Below are positions 42,552 to 51,297 of a DNA stretch of 64,000 nt, piece after piece. The stretch is from a virus (Duplodnaviria > Caudoviricetes). The translations under genes and the position numbers were made by a program. The stretch is from the IMG/VR virus record IMGVR_UViG_2609460327_000001, positions 128,001 to 192,000 of that record. The stretch is one strand, 5' to 3'. Within the stretch, counting starts at the first letter, position 1. Every line of letters begins with the position of its first letter. Under the pieces are notes generated by a model. It saw nothing but the letters and a program-made list of their open reading frames with translations. It was not told the DNA's origin and ran no database searches.

Positions 42552-43770
42552 ACCAGGAGGCGCCCAGTTTCGGGGCGCTACTTCTTCCTCGGATTACAAT
42601 AACAACGAAGATAATAAATACCTAGAGCTTGTAGAGCTGTATCGACAAAGCAATCTGAACATCCAGAATCTTTCAGAGGCTCATCAGATCATCCTTGCAG
42701 CGAATACAGCCCTACACAACTATGCGATGATGCTTGAGCGAAAGACCGTAGAGTTAGAAGCACAGATGAATCGAATTGAATCAGCAGGGCCTTACGAGCC
42801 GATCTTCTTCAAGACCGGCTTCGTACAGGATATGACAACGGTTTACCCAAACATCTCCCAAGAGAACGGAGAGACAAGCCTGCGCTGCGATGTGGACTTG
42901 AACTACCGCTATGCAACAGTACCTCTGATTCATCAGATACCAAAGACGCACACGGTCAATGAAAAGAACGGTGCTGTGGTTGTTCCTACGGAGCTGAAGG
43001 TTCAAGTAGGTCGCACGAATACCAAGGGCGAAGTCATTGACAACAACCTGCTTAATGCATTCAACGGAGATAATGAATCTTACTGGCACAGAACAGTAAC
43101 ATATAATATTGCTGAATGTCCGGATCAAGAGGATGTCATCCTTGAGATTGAACTGCCTAGTCATCTAGTAAACAATCTCAACATAAACACGGTGCAGATC
43201 CATCCACATCCGGAACGTGGCATTCAGGTCAAGAATGTGGAGATTCATTATAACAGCGCTTGGAATACCATTCAGGGATTTATACAGCCAGATATGGCTG
43301 CTGTAAACAGCAACGAGTATACACCCCGCAAGAAGTGGTTCTTCCCTGGCGTTCCCGTTCAGAAGATTCGCATTACGTTGGTTCAAAAGAATCCTCTTGA
43401 TATTGGCGGTAAGAAAGTATTCGTTCTCGGAGCGCAAGAGATCGGCGTTTACTTGACGATGTTTGAGCCAGGCGGCGGCACAATATTAACACCATTCGAT
43501 ATGGAAGGCATCTATAACATTGAATCTGTAGAGCACGTCTTTCTCAATCGCGATGCATTTGGTATTGATCGCAACTTGGATCAGCTTATGGAGGGACGAG
43601 TTTTTGAGTACGAATTGCTGAGAGAAGAAGCCGATGGCTTCCTTACTCCCCTCAAGAATACTGAATGGTCAGGTCAGTTTTCGGAGCGGATCTGGGTTCG
43701 TACAAAGCTGCTGATGTACAATGGCGTGAATCCATGCCTTCATGCGGTAAGGCTTAATTATTCTCGATGA
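42532..43770 (+). CDS. 412 aa structural protein (paralogue family member 5)
   Basis: RBS GAGGAG; FRGATSSSDYNNNEDNKYLELVELY; NAFNGDNESYW. Confidence 0.65.
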   Translation: MRMPTSKPGGAQFRGATSSSDYNNNEDNKYLELVELYRQSNLNIQNLSEAHQIILAANTALHNYAMMLERKTVELEAQMNRIESAGPYEPIFFKTGFVQDMTTVYPNISQENGETSLRCDVDLNYRYATVPLIHQIPKTHTVNEKNGAVVVPTELKVQVGRTNTKGEVIDNNLLNAFNGDNESYWHRTVTYNIAECPDQEDVILEIELPSHLVNNLNINTVQIHPHPERGIQVKNVEIHYNSAWNTIQGFIQPDMAAVNSNEYTPRKKWFFPGVPVQKIRITLVQKNPLDIGGKKVFVLGAQEIGVYLTMFEPGGGTILTPFDMEGIYNIESVEHVFLNRDAFGIDRNLDQLMEGRVFEYELLREEADGFLTPLKNTEWSGQFSERIWVRTKLLMYNGVNPCLHAVRLNYSR

Positions 43771-43786
43771 GAAAGAGGTGAAACCG

Positions 43787-44275
43787 ATGAGTCGCTTTGA
43801 GCTCGGAAAAACACTTAGCTTAGATAATATGGCTTCTTCATCAACTGCAGTATGGGCAACAATAGGTGGAGTTTTCGGGTCAATCGTAGAAACCGTATAC
43901 GGCGGCGGAGAAGAGCGGAAGTTTATGATTGCCATCTATGCATTCTTTATCTTTATGGACTGGATCAGTGGGATCGCCGCTTCCAAGAAAGATGGAAGTT
44001 ATTCTTCCGAATATGGTATCAATGGCGTACTGAGGACTTTATTCATACTTTGTTTTCCGGCAGCAGCCAACATGCTTGACTATGTATTAAACACGCCAGG
44101 CGTTATCTTCTATTTTGTAACGACGGGCTTGATCTTCCACACCTTCAACAGCTTAACGGCTAACTCTGTACGAGCTGGATGGGAGAAGTGGATTCCAAAC
44201 AGCATCATTAACTTTGTTCAATCTGAGATTGAAAATAAATCTAATCGATCTTCCAAAAATACGGAAGAGAAATAG
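43787..44275 (+). CDS. phage holin (Phage_holin_4 / toxin-secretion holin family)
   Basis: Several TM segments; MDWISGIAAS...SSEYGINGVLR motif; charged C-terminus; ATG 43787 after GAGGTG. Confidence 0.75.
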   Translation: MSRFELGKTLSLDNMASSSTAVWATIGGVFGSIVETVYGGGEERKFMIAIYAFFIFMDWISGIAASKKDGSYSSEYGINGVLRTLFILCFPAAANMLDYVLNTPGVIFYFVTTGLIFHTFNSLTANSVRAGWEKWIPNSIINFVQSEIENKSNRSSKNTEEK

Positions 44276-44286
44276 GGGGAAACGAA

Positions 44287-44565
44287 ATGTTAACAAGCGT
44301 TCGCAAAGCTCTTGAATATCTAGCAATTACGCCGGCTGTCGTTCAATTGGTCTTCACCTTGGTTGCTCTTTTCGAAACAGAGGGCAACGGTGCAGAGAAG
44401 AAACAGGCTGTTCTTGATACTGTCAGAGTAGTCTACGCAGAGGTTAATGGAGTGTTCGCACTTAAAGTCTCTGAGTCGTTCGTTCTGAGAGTTGCAGGAA
44501 GCACTGTCGATATTGTTGTCAGCTTCCATAATCTCGTTGGCACGTTTAAAAAGAAAGAAGCTTAA
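44287..44565 (+). CDS. small holin-like/lysis accessory protein
   Basis: Hydrophobic N-terminus followed by GAEKKQAV motif as in small Firmicutes phage holin-associated proteins; adjacent to the holin. Confidence 0.45.
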   Translation: MLTSVRKALEYLAITPAVVQLVFTLVALFETEGNGAEKKQAVLDTVRVVYAEVNGVFALKVSESFVLRVAGSTVDIVVSFHNLVGTFKKKEA

Positions 44566-44582
44566 TACTTCTATCTCTTTCT

Positions 44583-44616
44583 AGCGCAAGATATCTCTCG
44601 ATATCTTGCGTTTTTT
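44583..44616 (+). terminator. strong Rho-independent terminator ending the structural/lysis operon
   Basis: GCGCAAGATATC-TCTC-GATATCTTGCGT followed by TTTTT. Confidence 0.85.
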
Positions 44617-44627
44617 CAATTTTTCTC

Positions 44628-44678
44628 TTGATTCCTAAAATTCAGCGTGCTATCATACAAATGTAACGCATTACATTT
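44628..44678 (+). promoter_or_regulatory. sigmaA-type promoter with operator over the start site
   Basis: TTGATT (44628-33), 17 bp spacer with TG extension, TATCAT (44651-56); palindrome AAATGTAACGCATTACATTT at 44659-44678. Confidence 0.75.
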
Positions 44679-44742
44679 AGGTGTTGCTTCGGCATCTGTT
44701 GAAGAATATAATAAGAAAGCAGTCAGTATACAGGAGGCGTCT

Positions 44743-45945
44743 ATGAGACCTACAATTGAGAAATACCTTCCGGACATGGATCAGATCAAAAAGATCCGTG
44801 AGTCTTTGAAGGAATGTAAGGACGAATGGCTAGAAACCAAACCGGGGAGCGGAAAGAAACCTGCAAGTAAGTATATGGGCGTAAACACCGTTCGCCAAAT
44901 TTTAGATAACGCTGTGTCAGGATATACGTATTGGGACTTCGGCTTGATTGATAATTGGAGAGAAGAAGTCTACAAGTATGATAAGGATTCCAAGACATGG
45001 TCCTTTGATGGATATGTTTATCACGCTCGCGGCTTCCTGTTCATTCCCGGACTTGGCCAGCGTGAGCAATATGGTTGCAAAATTGCTGTCGGCGGCAAGG
45101 ATAATCAAGACAGTGCTTATAAGGCAGCTGCTTCTAATGTCTTAGTAAAAGCGGCATCACTCTTTGGCGTAGGCGAGTCTATCTATTCCAAAATTAAAGT
45201 CGAAACGGATGCTGATGAGGAACAAAACGCTTATGATCAAATGCAGCAAAGCGGACAGTATCAATTCCAACACCAACCGCAAGGTGGGTTCCAGCAGCCG
45301 CAAGAAACTTATGCTCAGCCTCAGCAAAGCTTCGGACAGCCTTATACTGATCCGTATCAACAACAGCAACAGCAAGCTTATTTCCAACCTACGCCTGAAC
45401 AGCAGCAGCAGTTTTCACAACAACAGCAAGGTGGCTTTAACGGACAGTGGGGCGCACCACAACAGCAAACGAACTGGGCTGTAGATGTAAATAACGAGGC
45501 TAACGGAAATTTTAATGTAGCGCCAGAGCTTCATGAAGATCAATATCCATTTAATCCTCATGAGCCAAACACACCAGAAGCCATTGCTTGGGATCAGCGC
45601 AATCTGCCGAACAAGCAACCAGAAGCTGCTAAAGAGCAGTCGTTCCAAGCGACCCCTCAAGCGGAAGCAACGCCGCAAGCATTCAAGGCTGAAGCTAAAC
45701 CAGTTGGCGCGCCGGTTCAAACTGAGGCACAGAGTGCTCCGCAGCAAAGTGCTATTCCGCCGCAATGGGATCAGGTTGAGATACAAAAGATACATCAGCA
45801 CAAGGCAAGGCTCAATATACAAACCGATAACGACATGCTTCCTTTACTCAGAGAGTTCTTGAAGAAAGAGGATGCAGTTCCAGGCGATTTAACTCCGGGG
45901 AATTTAGCTGAATTTAATATCTTCTTGGAGAAGTTTGCCGCCTAA
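44743..45945 (+). CDS. Rad52/Rad22 (Sak)-like single-strand annealing recombinase with Gln-rich linker
   Basis: Start moved to ATG 44743 (RBS AGGAGG). YMGVNTVRQILD...W.F...AYKAAASNVLVKAASLFGVGESIY matches the Rad52-family KxAxTDALKRAAxxFGVGxxLY motif. Confidence 0.75.
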   Translation: MRPTIEKYLPDMDQIKKIRESLKECKDEWLETKPGSGKKPASKYMGVNTVRQILDNAVSGYTYWDFGLIDNWREEVYKYDKDSKTWSFDGYVYHARGFLFIPGLGQREQYGCKIAVGGKDNQDSAYKAAASNVLVKAASLFGVGESIYSKIKVETDADEEQNAYDQMQQSGQYQFQHQPQGGFQQPQETYAQPQQSFGQPYTDPYQQQQQQAYFQPTPEQQQQFSQQQQGGFNGQWGAPQQQTNWAVDVNNEANGNFNVAPELHEDQYPFNPHEPNTPEAIAWDQRNLPNKQPEAAKEQSFQATPQAEATPQAFKAEAKPVGAPVQTEAQSAPQQSAIPPQWDQVEIQKIHQHKARLNIQTDNDMLPLLREFLKKEDAVPGDLTPGNLAEFNIFLEKFAA

Positions 45946-46631
45946 TGAATCGAGATGGGTTGATTTATCAGCTCTCAGGATGGTTCGTATGCACGATAGT
46001 CGGTATTCCGATACAGAATGCCGACTCTCGTATCCGGACTAACATATCATCTATTCAGAAATTAGTTAAGGATGGATGGGAGCTGGAAGAGATTCAAGCA
46101 GAGATCGAGAAGTTTGCCCAAGATTACCCGGATATGGTCAAACGAATTTATATGCTTGAAGAGATTTTCGCCACAAAGAAACCACCGAAGAATATCATGA
46201 ATCCGGATATCTTCTACTATCACAACCGGCTGAGGGAAACTTCTCCTGCGCCTAAGATGCGTAAAGGACCGGACGGCAAATATATTCAAGAAGTGGAGCC
46301 GTTCTTCTTGGAGATGAAGAAACGCTTTACGATGGAAGAACTGCTTGAGTACTGGTATGAAAAGATGAACATTCAGAGCAATCCTCATATGATTAAGCAG
46401 GATGAAGGAAAATTTAATTACTTACTCGGCATCTATGATCTGGACGAAATCCTGTTTGCCATCGATGAAGCAAAGCGCATTCGCTTAAGCTGGCAACGGA
46501 GCCTTCTTCGAAACGCTTTTGATATTGAGAAATATGTAGATGAAGCTAGAGAGACGATATCACAAAAGAAGAATATTCATCAGATACATGGGATTAACCG
46601 AGTGATTCGAAAACAGGTGATCGCACAGTGA
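45945..46631 (+). CDS. hypothetical replication-module protein (228 aa)
   Basis: TAATG/GTGA coupled between recombinase and primase. Confidence 0.6.
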   Translation: MNRDGLIYQLSGWFVCTIVGIPIQNADSRIRTNISSIQKLVKDGWELEEIQAEIEKFAQDYPDMVKRIYMLEEIFATKKPPKNIMNPDIFYYHNRLRETSPAPKMRKGPDGKYIQEVEPFFLEMKKRFTMEELLEYWYEKMNIQSNPHMIKQDEGKFNYLLGIYDLDEILFAIDEAKRIRLSWQRSLLRNAFDIEKYVDEARETISQKKNIHQIHGINRVIRKQVIAQ

Positions 46632-47725
46632 ATGAGTTCCAGCTTTTTGTGGAATGCGGAGCGGACACCAATTCGGAAAAGTTTCCATTTACACGAAAGC
46701 ATTATATGCATCCTTCCGAGACCATCAAGTTTCGGAATTACTACAACAACATAGGCGTCTATGAGACTGTAATGCAATACATTAACCCTGAGTTCTTTCA
46801 AAATGAAAAAGGGAAATGGGTATTGAATGCAAGGGATGCTCTGAAATGGGGCGATCTTTATCTGGACTTTGATAAGCCATTAGAGACAGAAGAGGATTAC
46901 ACCAAATTAAAGTATGACGTGCATATTGCCTTTCGTTATCTTAAGCATATTCTTTCAATCGAGCCTGATCAGATCAATGTATTTTATTCGGGACACAAAG
47001 GGATTCACTTGACTGTCAGCGGACATGTGCTTGGGCTAAATCCGCACGTATCCCTGAATCAAATCTACCGTGAGATTGCACTTGATATCGCGAAGTACAC
47101 ACTGTTTGGAACAATGGATACAGCAATATACGATGATAAGCGCATGTTTCGAATGGTCAACTCCTTCAATAAGAAGGGTGGTCATTATAAGATACCCATA
47201 ACGCAGCAGGAGCTTCGCACTTGTACACTAGAACAAATTAAGGAACTGGCAAAAGAACCGAGATTCCTTCAACCTGCTCCACTGGTAACATCAAATAGAG
47301 CTAAGTTATCCCTTGATCGGTACATCCAAAAATGGACCGAACGGAATATAAAAGCAAAGGAATACCAAGGGAAGATTCGCAAGCTAGAAACTCTGCCGCC
47401 ATGCATTCAGACCATGCTTGAGCGTACATTTAAAGAAACTGTGGACGAGCGTAATAACTCTGGGACTGCACTTGCCAGCTTCTATATGCAGCAAGGAATG
47501 GAACGAGATGAAGCAATGGCGCGGATGCTCATATGGGGCGAAGAGAACTGCATGCCTCGATTGAACAGAAGAGATATCGAAACTATTGTGAACTCAGTTT
47601 ATAACGGACAATACCGATACGGCTGTGAAGCTTTTGCTAGACTGAGCGGCGTATGCGATAAAGATAAATGTCCTCTCTTTAATAAAGAGTTGAATAAAAA
47701 AGCAGAGGAAGAGAAAAAGGCCTAA
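46628..47725 (+). CDS. archaeo-eukaryotic primase (AEP/Prim-Pol) with PriCT/PriL-like Cys-rich C-terminal domain
   Basis: Motif I DLYLDFD, motif II YSGHKGIH, motif III DTAIYDDKRMFR; C-terminal LPPCI...RNNSG..LA...YGC...C....CP. Confidence 0.8.
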   Translation: MNEFQLFVECGADTNSEKFPFTRKHYMHPSETIKFRNYYNNIGVYETVMQYINPEFFQNEKGKWVLNARDALKWGDLYLDFDKPLETEEDYTKLKYDVHIAFRYLKHILSIEPDQINVFYSGHKGIHLTVSGHVLGLNPHVSLNQIYREIALDIAKYTLFGTMDTAIYDDKRMFRMVNSFNKKGGHYKIPITQQELRTCTLEQIKELAKEPRFLQPAPLVTSNRAKLSLDRYIQKWTERNIKAKEYQGKIRKLETLPPCIQTMLERTFKETVDERNNSGTALASFYMQQGMERDEAMARMLIWGEENCMPRLNRRDIETIVNSVYNGQYRYGCEAFARLSGVCDKDKCPLFNKELNKKAEEEKKA

Positions 47726-47877
47726 GCGTCCCTTAGAGGGTTGTGTTTTTATACGCACCTTGTAAGGGGCAGCTTAGGACCCTGCTCGAACCTCAACTTC
47801 ACCCAACACACAACACACAGGGATCTCTCCCTGTGTAATGCTTACGAACACTCGCAGGTATTACACGGGAGAGAGAT
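47721..47877 (+). ncRNA. structured intergenic element (two long G-U-containing hairpins plus an alternative stem)
   Basis: Hairpin 47721-47778 and hairpin 47823-47877; competing perfect 9 bp stem 47815-47836. Function unknown. Confidence 0.5.
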
Positions 47878-47899
47878 AAGCCGTATGGAAGGAGCAGCT

Positions 47900-49003
47900 A
47901 TGAGCAATACACAGCCAGGACAATTTAGTTTTACGGACATCATGCATCAAGTTGAAAGACAAATGCAGCAAGATCCAAATGCATTCGGCTTTGAGCCCGA
48001 AATGAGAAAAAAGGTTATTGTTACAAATGTCGAGGGAATACTTGGTCGTCCGTTAAACAGAATCGAAGAAAAGATGCTCCGCAATATCATGAATATGGAT
48101 GCTCACTCATGGGCCAGAGGGAAAAACGGGGGATTAATTTCAGGGTTGCAATCATTCGATGACGCCTTTGAAGGCGGGGCTCAGCCTGGGCTTATCTTAT
48201 TTGCCGCTGCACCAAACGTCGGTAAATCCGCCTACATGCTTCAAGTATGTAAAGGAATATCAGAGAGAAATGAAAAGGTCTATGTTTCGTATCATTCGCT
48301 TGATGATGCCAATAACGATCTTATGCCGCGCTATATTGCCAACGATCAACAAATCACGATCGGCCAAGCAAAGTCGCCAGCTAAGTATGAAGACGATGAA
48401 GAGATTATCAATAAGCGTAATGAAGGAATCAAGAACCTGTATCGCAGAGTAGACCGCTTCGGCATGTTCGATTCCAATGATATGACCAGCGTTGAAGCCA
48501 TTGAAGAGCACATCAAGGATATTAAGATGACGATGCCTGAAGGCACTCGAATCGTAATTGCAATTGACTCCTTCAATGACTTGACAGTAGAGAGCAAGAC
48601 CTTCAGCAACAATGATGATAAGACGGCTCACGTATCTAAAACGATCAAAGGCTGGGCTACAAGATTTGATGTTGTCGTTATGTGTACAGCTCACTTGCGT
48701 AAAACGAACGGCAAGCGTCCGATAGAGGATGATCTGAAGGATACAATCACTCTTCGTTATGAAGCAACAATGGTCTGCCTTATGTACAACGAAGTCGGCA
48801 TCAAGGAAGAGAATGCTGAAATCTATTGGGTCGATGAAGATGAAGACTTGAAGATGCCTGTCGTGGAAGTGAAGTTCGCTAAGAATAAGCACGCATCCAT
48901 GAAGAGTACTAAGTTCTTTAATTTTATTCCCGATTACTCTCTGTTTATCCAAGCGGAAGATGAAGCTCAGCGCCGATTCGCCTCTAAGATTTATCAAAAC
49001 TAA
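47900..49003 (+). CDS. DnaB-like (SF4) replicative helicase, ATPase domain
   Basis: ATG 47900 after GGAAGGAG. Walker A AAPNVGKS, YHSLD, IAIDSF, TAHLRK, DLKDT, AKNK. Confidence 0.75.
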   Translation: MSNTQPGQFSFTDIMHQVERQMQQDPNAFGFEPEMRKKVIVTNVEGILGRPLNRIEEKMLRNIMNMDAHSWARGKNGGLISGLQSFDDAFEGGAQPGLILFAAAPNVGKSAYMLQVCKGISERNEKVYVSYHSLDDANNDLMPRYIANDQQITIGQAKSPAKYEDDEEIINKRNEGIKNLYRRVDRFGMFDSNDMTSVEAIEEHIKDIKMTMPEGTRIVIAIDSFNDLTVESKTFSNNDDKTAHVSKTIKGWATRFDVVVMCTAHLRKTNGKRPIEDDLKDTITLRYEATMVCLMYNEVGIKEENAEIYWVDEDEDLKMPVVEVKFAKNKHASMKSTKFFNFIPDYSLFIQAEDEAQRRFASKIYQN

Positions 49004-49015
49004 GGAGGAATTGAT

Positions 49016-49534
49016 TTGGATCAAATTAAGATCATGGCCAACACGCCAGACCAGAACCGGAACTATCTCCGGACTTACCTACAGGAAGAAATCTCCCAAA
49101 AGATTCGGCTAGAAGAAACCATTAAGCTTTATGAGGTGCAGTTGGACGAGCTAACTGAGGAAGTCGTTGATCAGGCGGAAACCATGCGGGCTATGAAGAA
49201 TGATGAGATGGCTGATAAAGCGTCAAGCCGATTGAGCCGTATGGAGCTCATGAAATTCACCGTTCAAAAGTATTTGCAGCATTTGAAAGAGCGGAATCAT
49301 GAAATGGTAGAAGATAGCCAGGCTCACATGGTTGCTTTATCTGAAATCGAAATAGAACAAGGAGGCTTTGTTGCACTCCTGTTTGGCCTTCGAGACAATG
49401 TAGAATTTGAGCCAGTATCACAAGGGCTCACATTCGAGCCAGGGGGCAGCGTTGAATCTATTATCGGTACATCCCTAACCTCTTGGAAGGACAGCTCTCA
49501 GCTAAAAATAACCCTAATACGGGAGGGGAACTAA
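49016..49534 (+). CDS. hypothetical coiled-coil protein
   Basis: TTG start with RBS AAGGAGG. Confidence 0.6.
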   Translation: MDQIKIMANTPDQNRNYLRTYLQEEISQKIRLEETIKLYEVQLDELTEEVVDQAETMRAMKNDEMADKASSRLSRMELMKFTVQKYLQHLKERNHEMVEDSQAHMVALSEIEIEQGGFVALLFGLRDNVEFEPVSQGLTFEPGGSVESIIGTSLTSWKDSSQLKITLIREGN

Positions 49535-51286
49535 TTGAGATACTCTTACTTCTTTAATGAAGAAAAGTCACACCGCATTGATTACTCATTCGAAGTCCAA
49601 AGCTATCGAGCTAGAAATAATGGAGACATTGAATTAGTCTTTATTGCTCGTGTAACTGAGTTCATTGATAACACACAAGCTCGAACAGAATCAAAGACAG
49701 GCACTTTCGTATTTCCTGCCGGTAATTCAAGTCATGACGTTGATCTGCAGCGCATCCGAATTGCTGAGCAAAACAAATGGGTCTTCCATGTGAAAAACAA
49801 TAAGAATGCCTCTCAAGATGTGATTGTAGGGCTAATTAGTAAGACGGCTGCTGCCAACCCATTAGGAGAAGACATTTACCATGATACTCCAAGCTATAAG
49901 GCAGAGCTGAAAGCAAACAACTTGGCCGTCCTTGAACAGGAGTATCAGCCGCCAGTGCTCACACAAACGCTTGTGTATACAACGTTTGCTACACCTGAGT
50001 ACCCGATTGGCTTTAGCTCCGAAACGGCTGAATATAATAGTCAGCGCTTAATGTATCAGTTGAAAGGATTCGAACAGATCCTCCCGCAGGAAATCGATGC
50101 TTATACTGCTTTCTCTGTTGAGATGAACATTGCTCCGCGCAATGTAGTTCCTAAAGGAAATTCAATCTTCTGGATAAATATTGATGGCGTCGGTCGCTTT
50201 GACTTCCAAAAAGAGAACATGGTGTATGTGAACGAAGGGGATGATTACAACAATGCTATTAAGATCCCTCTGGAAACAAGACTTACTCCAGATTTGTTCT
50301 ATTATAATAATGCATTTGTCCCTGCATCGAAGCTTACAATCTCCGGCAACGGCACTGGCAAGCTCACGATCACTTATTTTAACAAGCAATTTATCGTGGA
50401 TTACAATGCCGGCCAAACAATTCAGTTCGTCAACCTGATTGCACAGGAAGCCGAAATTAACGCTATGGCATTTAAAACGATGGCAGCTGCGACAGATATC
50501 GATCTAACTGAAGGATCTGAAGTGTTCAGCGGCGGGGATCGACTTGGCATTGCTGGTGAATGGGATGCCAAGAATGCAATTGATAACAATGAAACTACAG
50601 CTTGGGGATCAGTGCAAGCCGGTAACGTAGACGGTCTGGCATGGATTGGTTTTGATCTAAAGGTGCCAACCGGACTGCGGAACATTACATTTAAGCAGTC
50701 AGAGGATTGTGGGGTAGACCTTATAGATATCGAAACATCTGAAGATGGCAACACATGGACTTATGTTGAATCTGTCAGCACCCACAGTCAGCCACTTGTA
50801 TCTATCGATCTAAGCGTCAATGCCATAGCAAGATACTGGCGCTTAGTAGCTGCCTCACCGATCGTCAGCTTCCCTGATACCGGGGAAGCTTGGGAAGCGC
50901 GCATGGTGGATCAATCCTGGATCATTCATGAAGTTGAAATGTATCAGGCGCTAGAAGAGTCACTTCCGGCTCCAAGCGACCTGCAGGCAATTATCCAAGA
51001 GGATAACACCGTCAAGCTCACATGGACTTATGATGGTCCAGATGCTACCTTCCGTATTTATAACCGTGGAGTATTCCTTGGGATAGAAGTGGAAGGAGTT
51101 AATGAGGCGATTCTTTCTAATCTGATTGAGGACAAAGAATACAGCATTCAGGTTACAGCAAAATCAGGATCTATCGTATCTCCATCCAGTGAGCCTGTTA
51201 CTTTTACATTGGATGATCCCCAAATTGAATGGGGAAATCGTATTCCGGTTTACCTCGATAACCTGGTCATTAAATTCTACAAATAA
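49535..51286 (+). CDS. 583 aa protein with F5/8-discoidin and fibronectin type III domains (structural-like)
   Basis: NAIDNNETTAW...WIGFDL...IETSEDGNTWT...ARYWRL; PAPSDL...VKLTW...YSIQVTA. Confidence 0.7.
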   Translation: MRYSYFFNEEKSHRIDYSFEVQSYRARNNGDIELVFIARVTEFIDNTQARTESKTGTFVFPAGNSSHDVDLQRIRIAEQNKWVFHVKNNKNASQDVIVGLISKTAAANPLGEDIYHDTPSYKAELKANNLAVLEQEYQPPVLTQTLVYTTFATPEYPIGFSSETAEYNSQRLMYQLKGFEQILPQEIDAYTAFSVEMNIAPRNVVPKGNSIFWINIDGVGRFDFQKENMVYVNEGDDYNNAIKIPLETRLTPDLFYYNNAFVPASKLTISGNGTGKLTITYFNKQFIVDYNAGQTIQFVNLIAQEAEINAMAFKTMAAATDIDLTEGSEVFSGGDRLGIAGEWDAKNAIDNNETTAWGSVQAGNVDGLAWIGFDLKVPTGLRNITFKQSEDCGVDLIDIETSEDGNTWTYVESVSTHSQPLVSIDLSVNAIARYWRLVAASPIVSFPDTGEAWEARMVDQSWIIHEVEMYQALEESLPAPSDLQAIIQEDNTVKLTWTYDGPDATFRIYNRGVFLGIEVEGVNEAILSNLIEDKEYSIQVTAKSGSIVSPSSEPVTFTLDDPQIEWGNRIPVYLDNLVIKFYK

Positions 51287-51297
51287 GGAGAATCACA

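Noticed and set aside
44647-44742. Tracked GTG start of the recombinase
   Set aside because: It lies inside the promoter/operator; ATG 44743 has AGGAGG.
47721-47877. tRNA or known riboswitch
   Set aside because: No cloverleaf, T-loop or riboswitch consensus recognisable by eye; needs an Rfam search.
47741-47899. N-terminal 53 codons of the tracked helicase ORF
   Set aside because: The region is the structured element, and ATG 47900 has the strong RBS. Kept only as the readthrough hypothesis.
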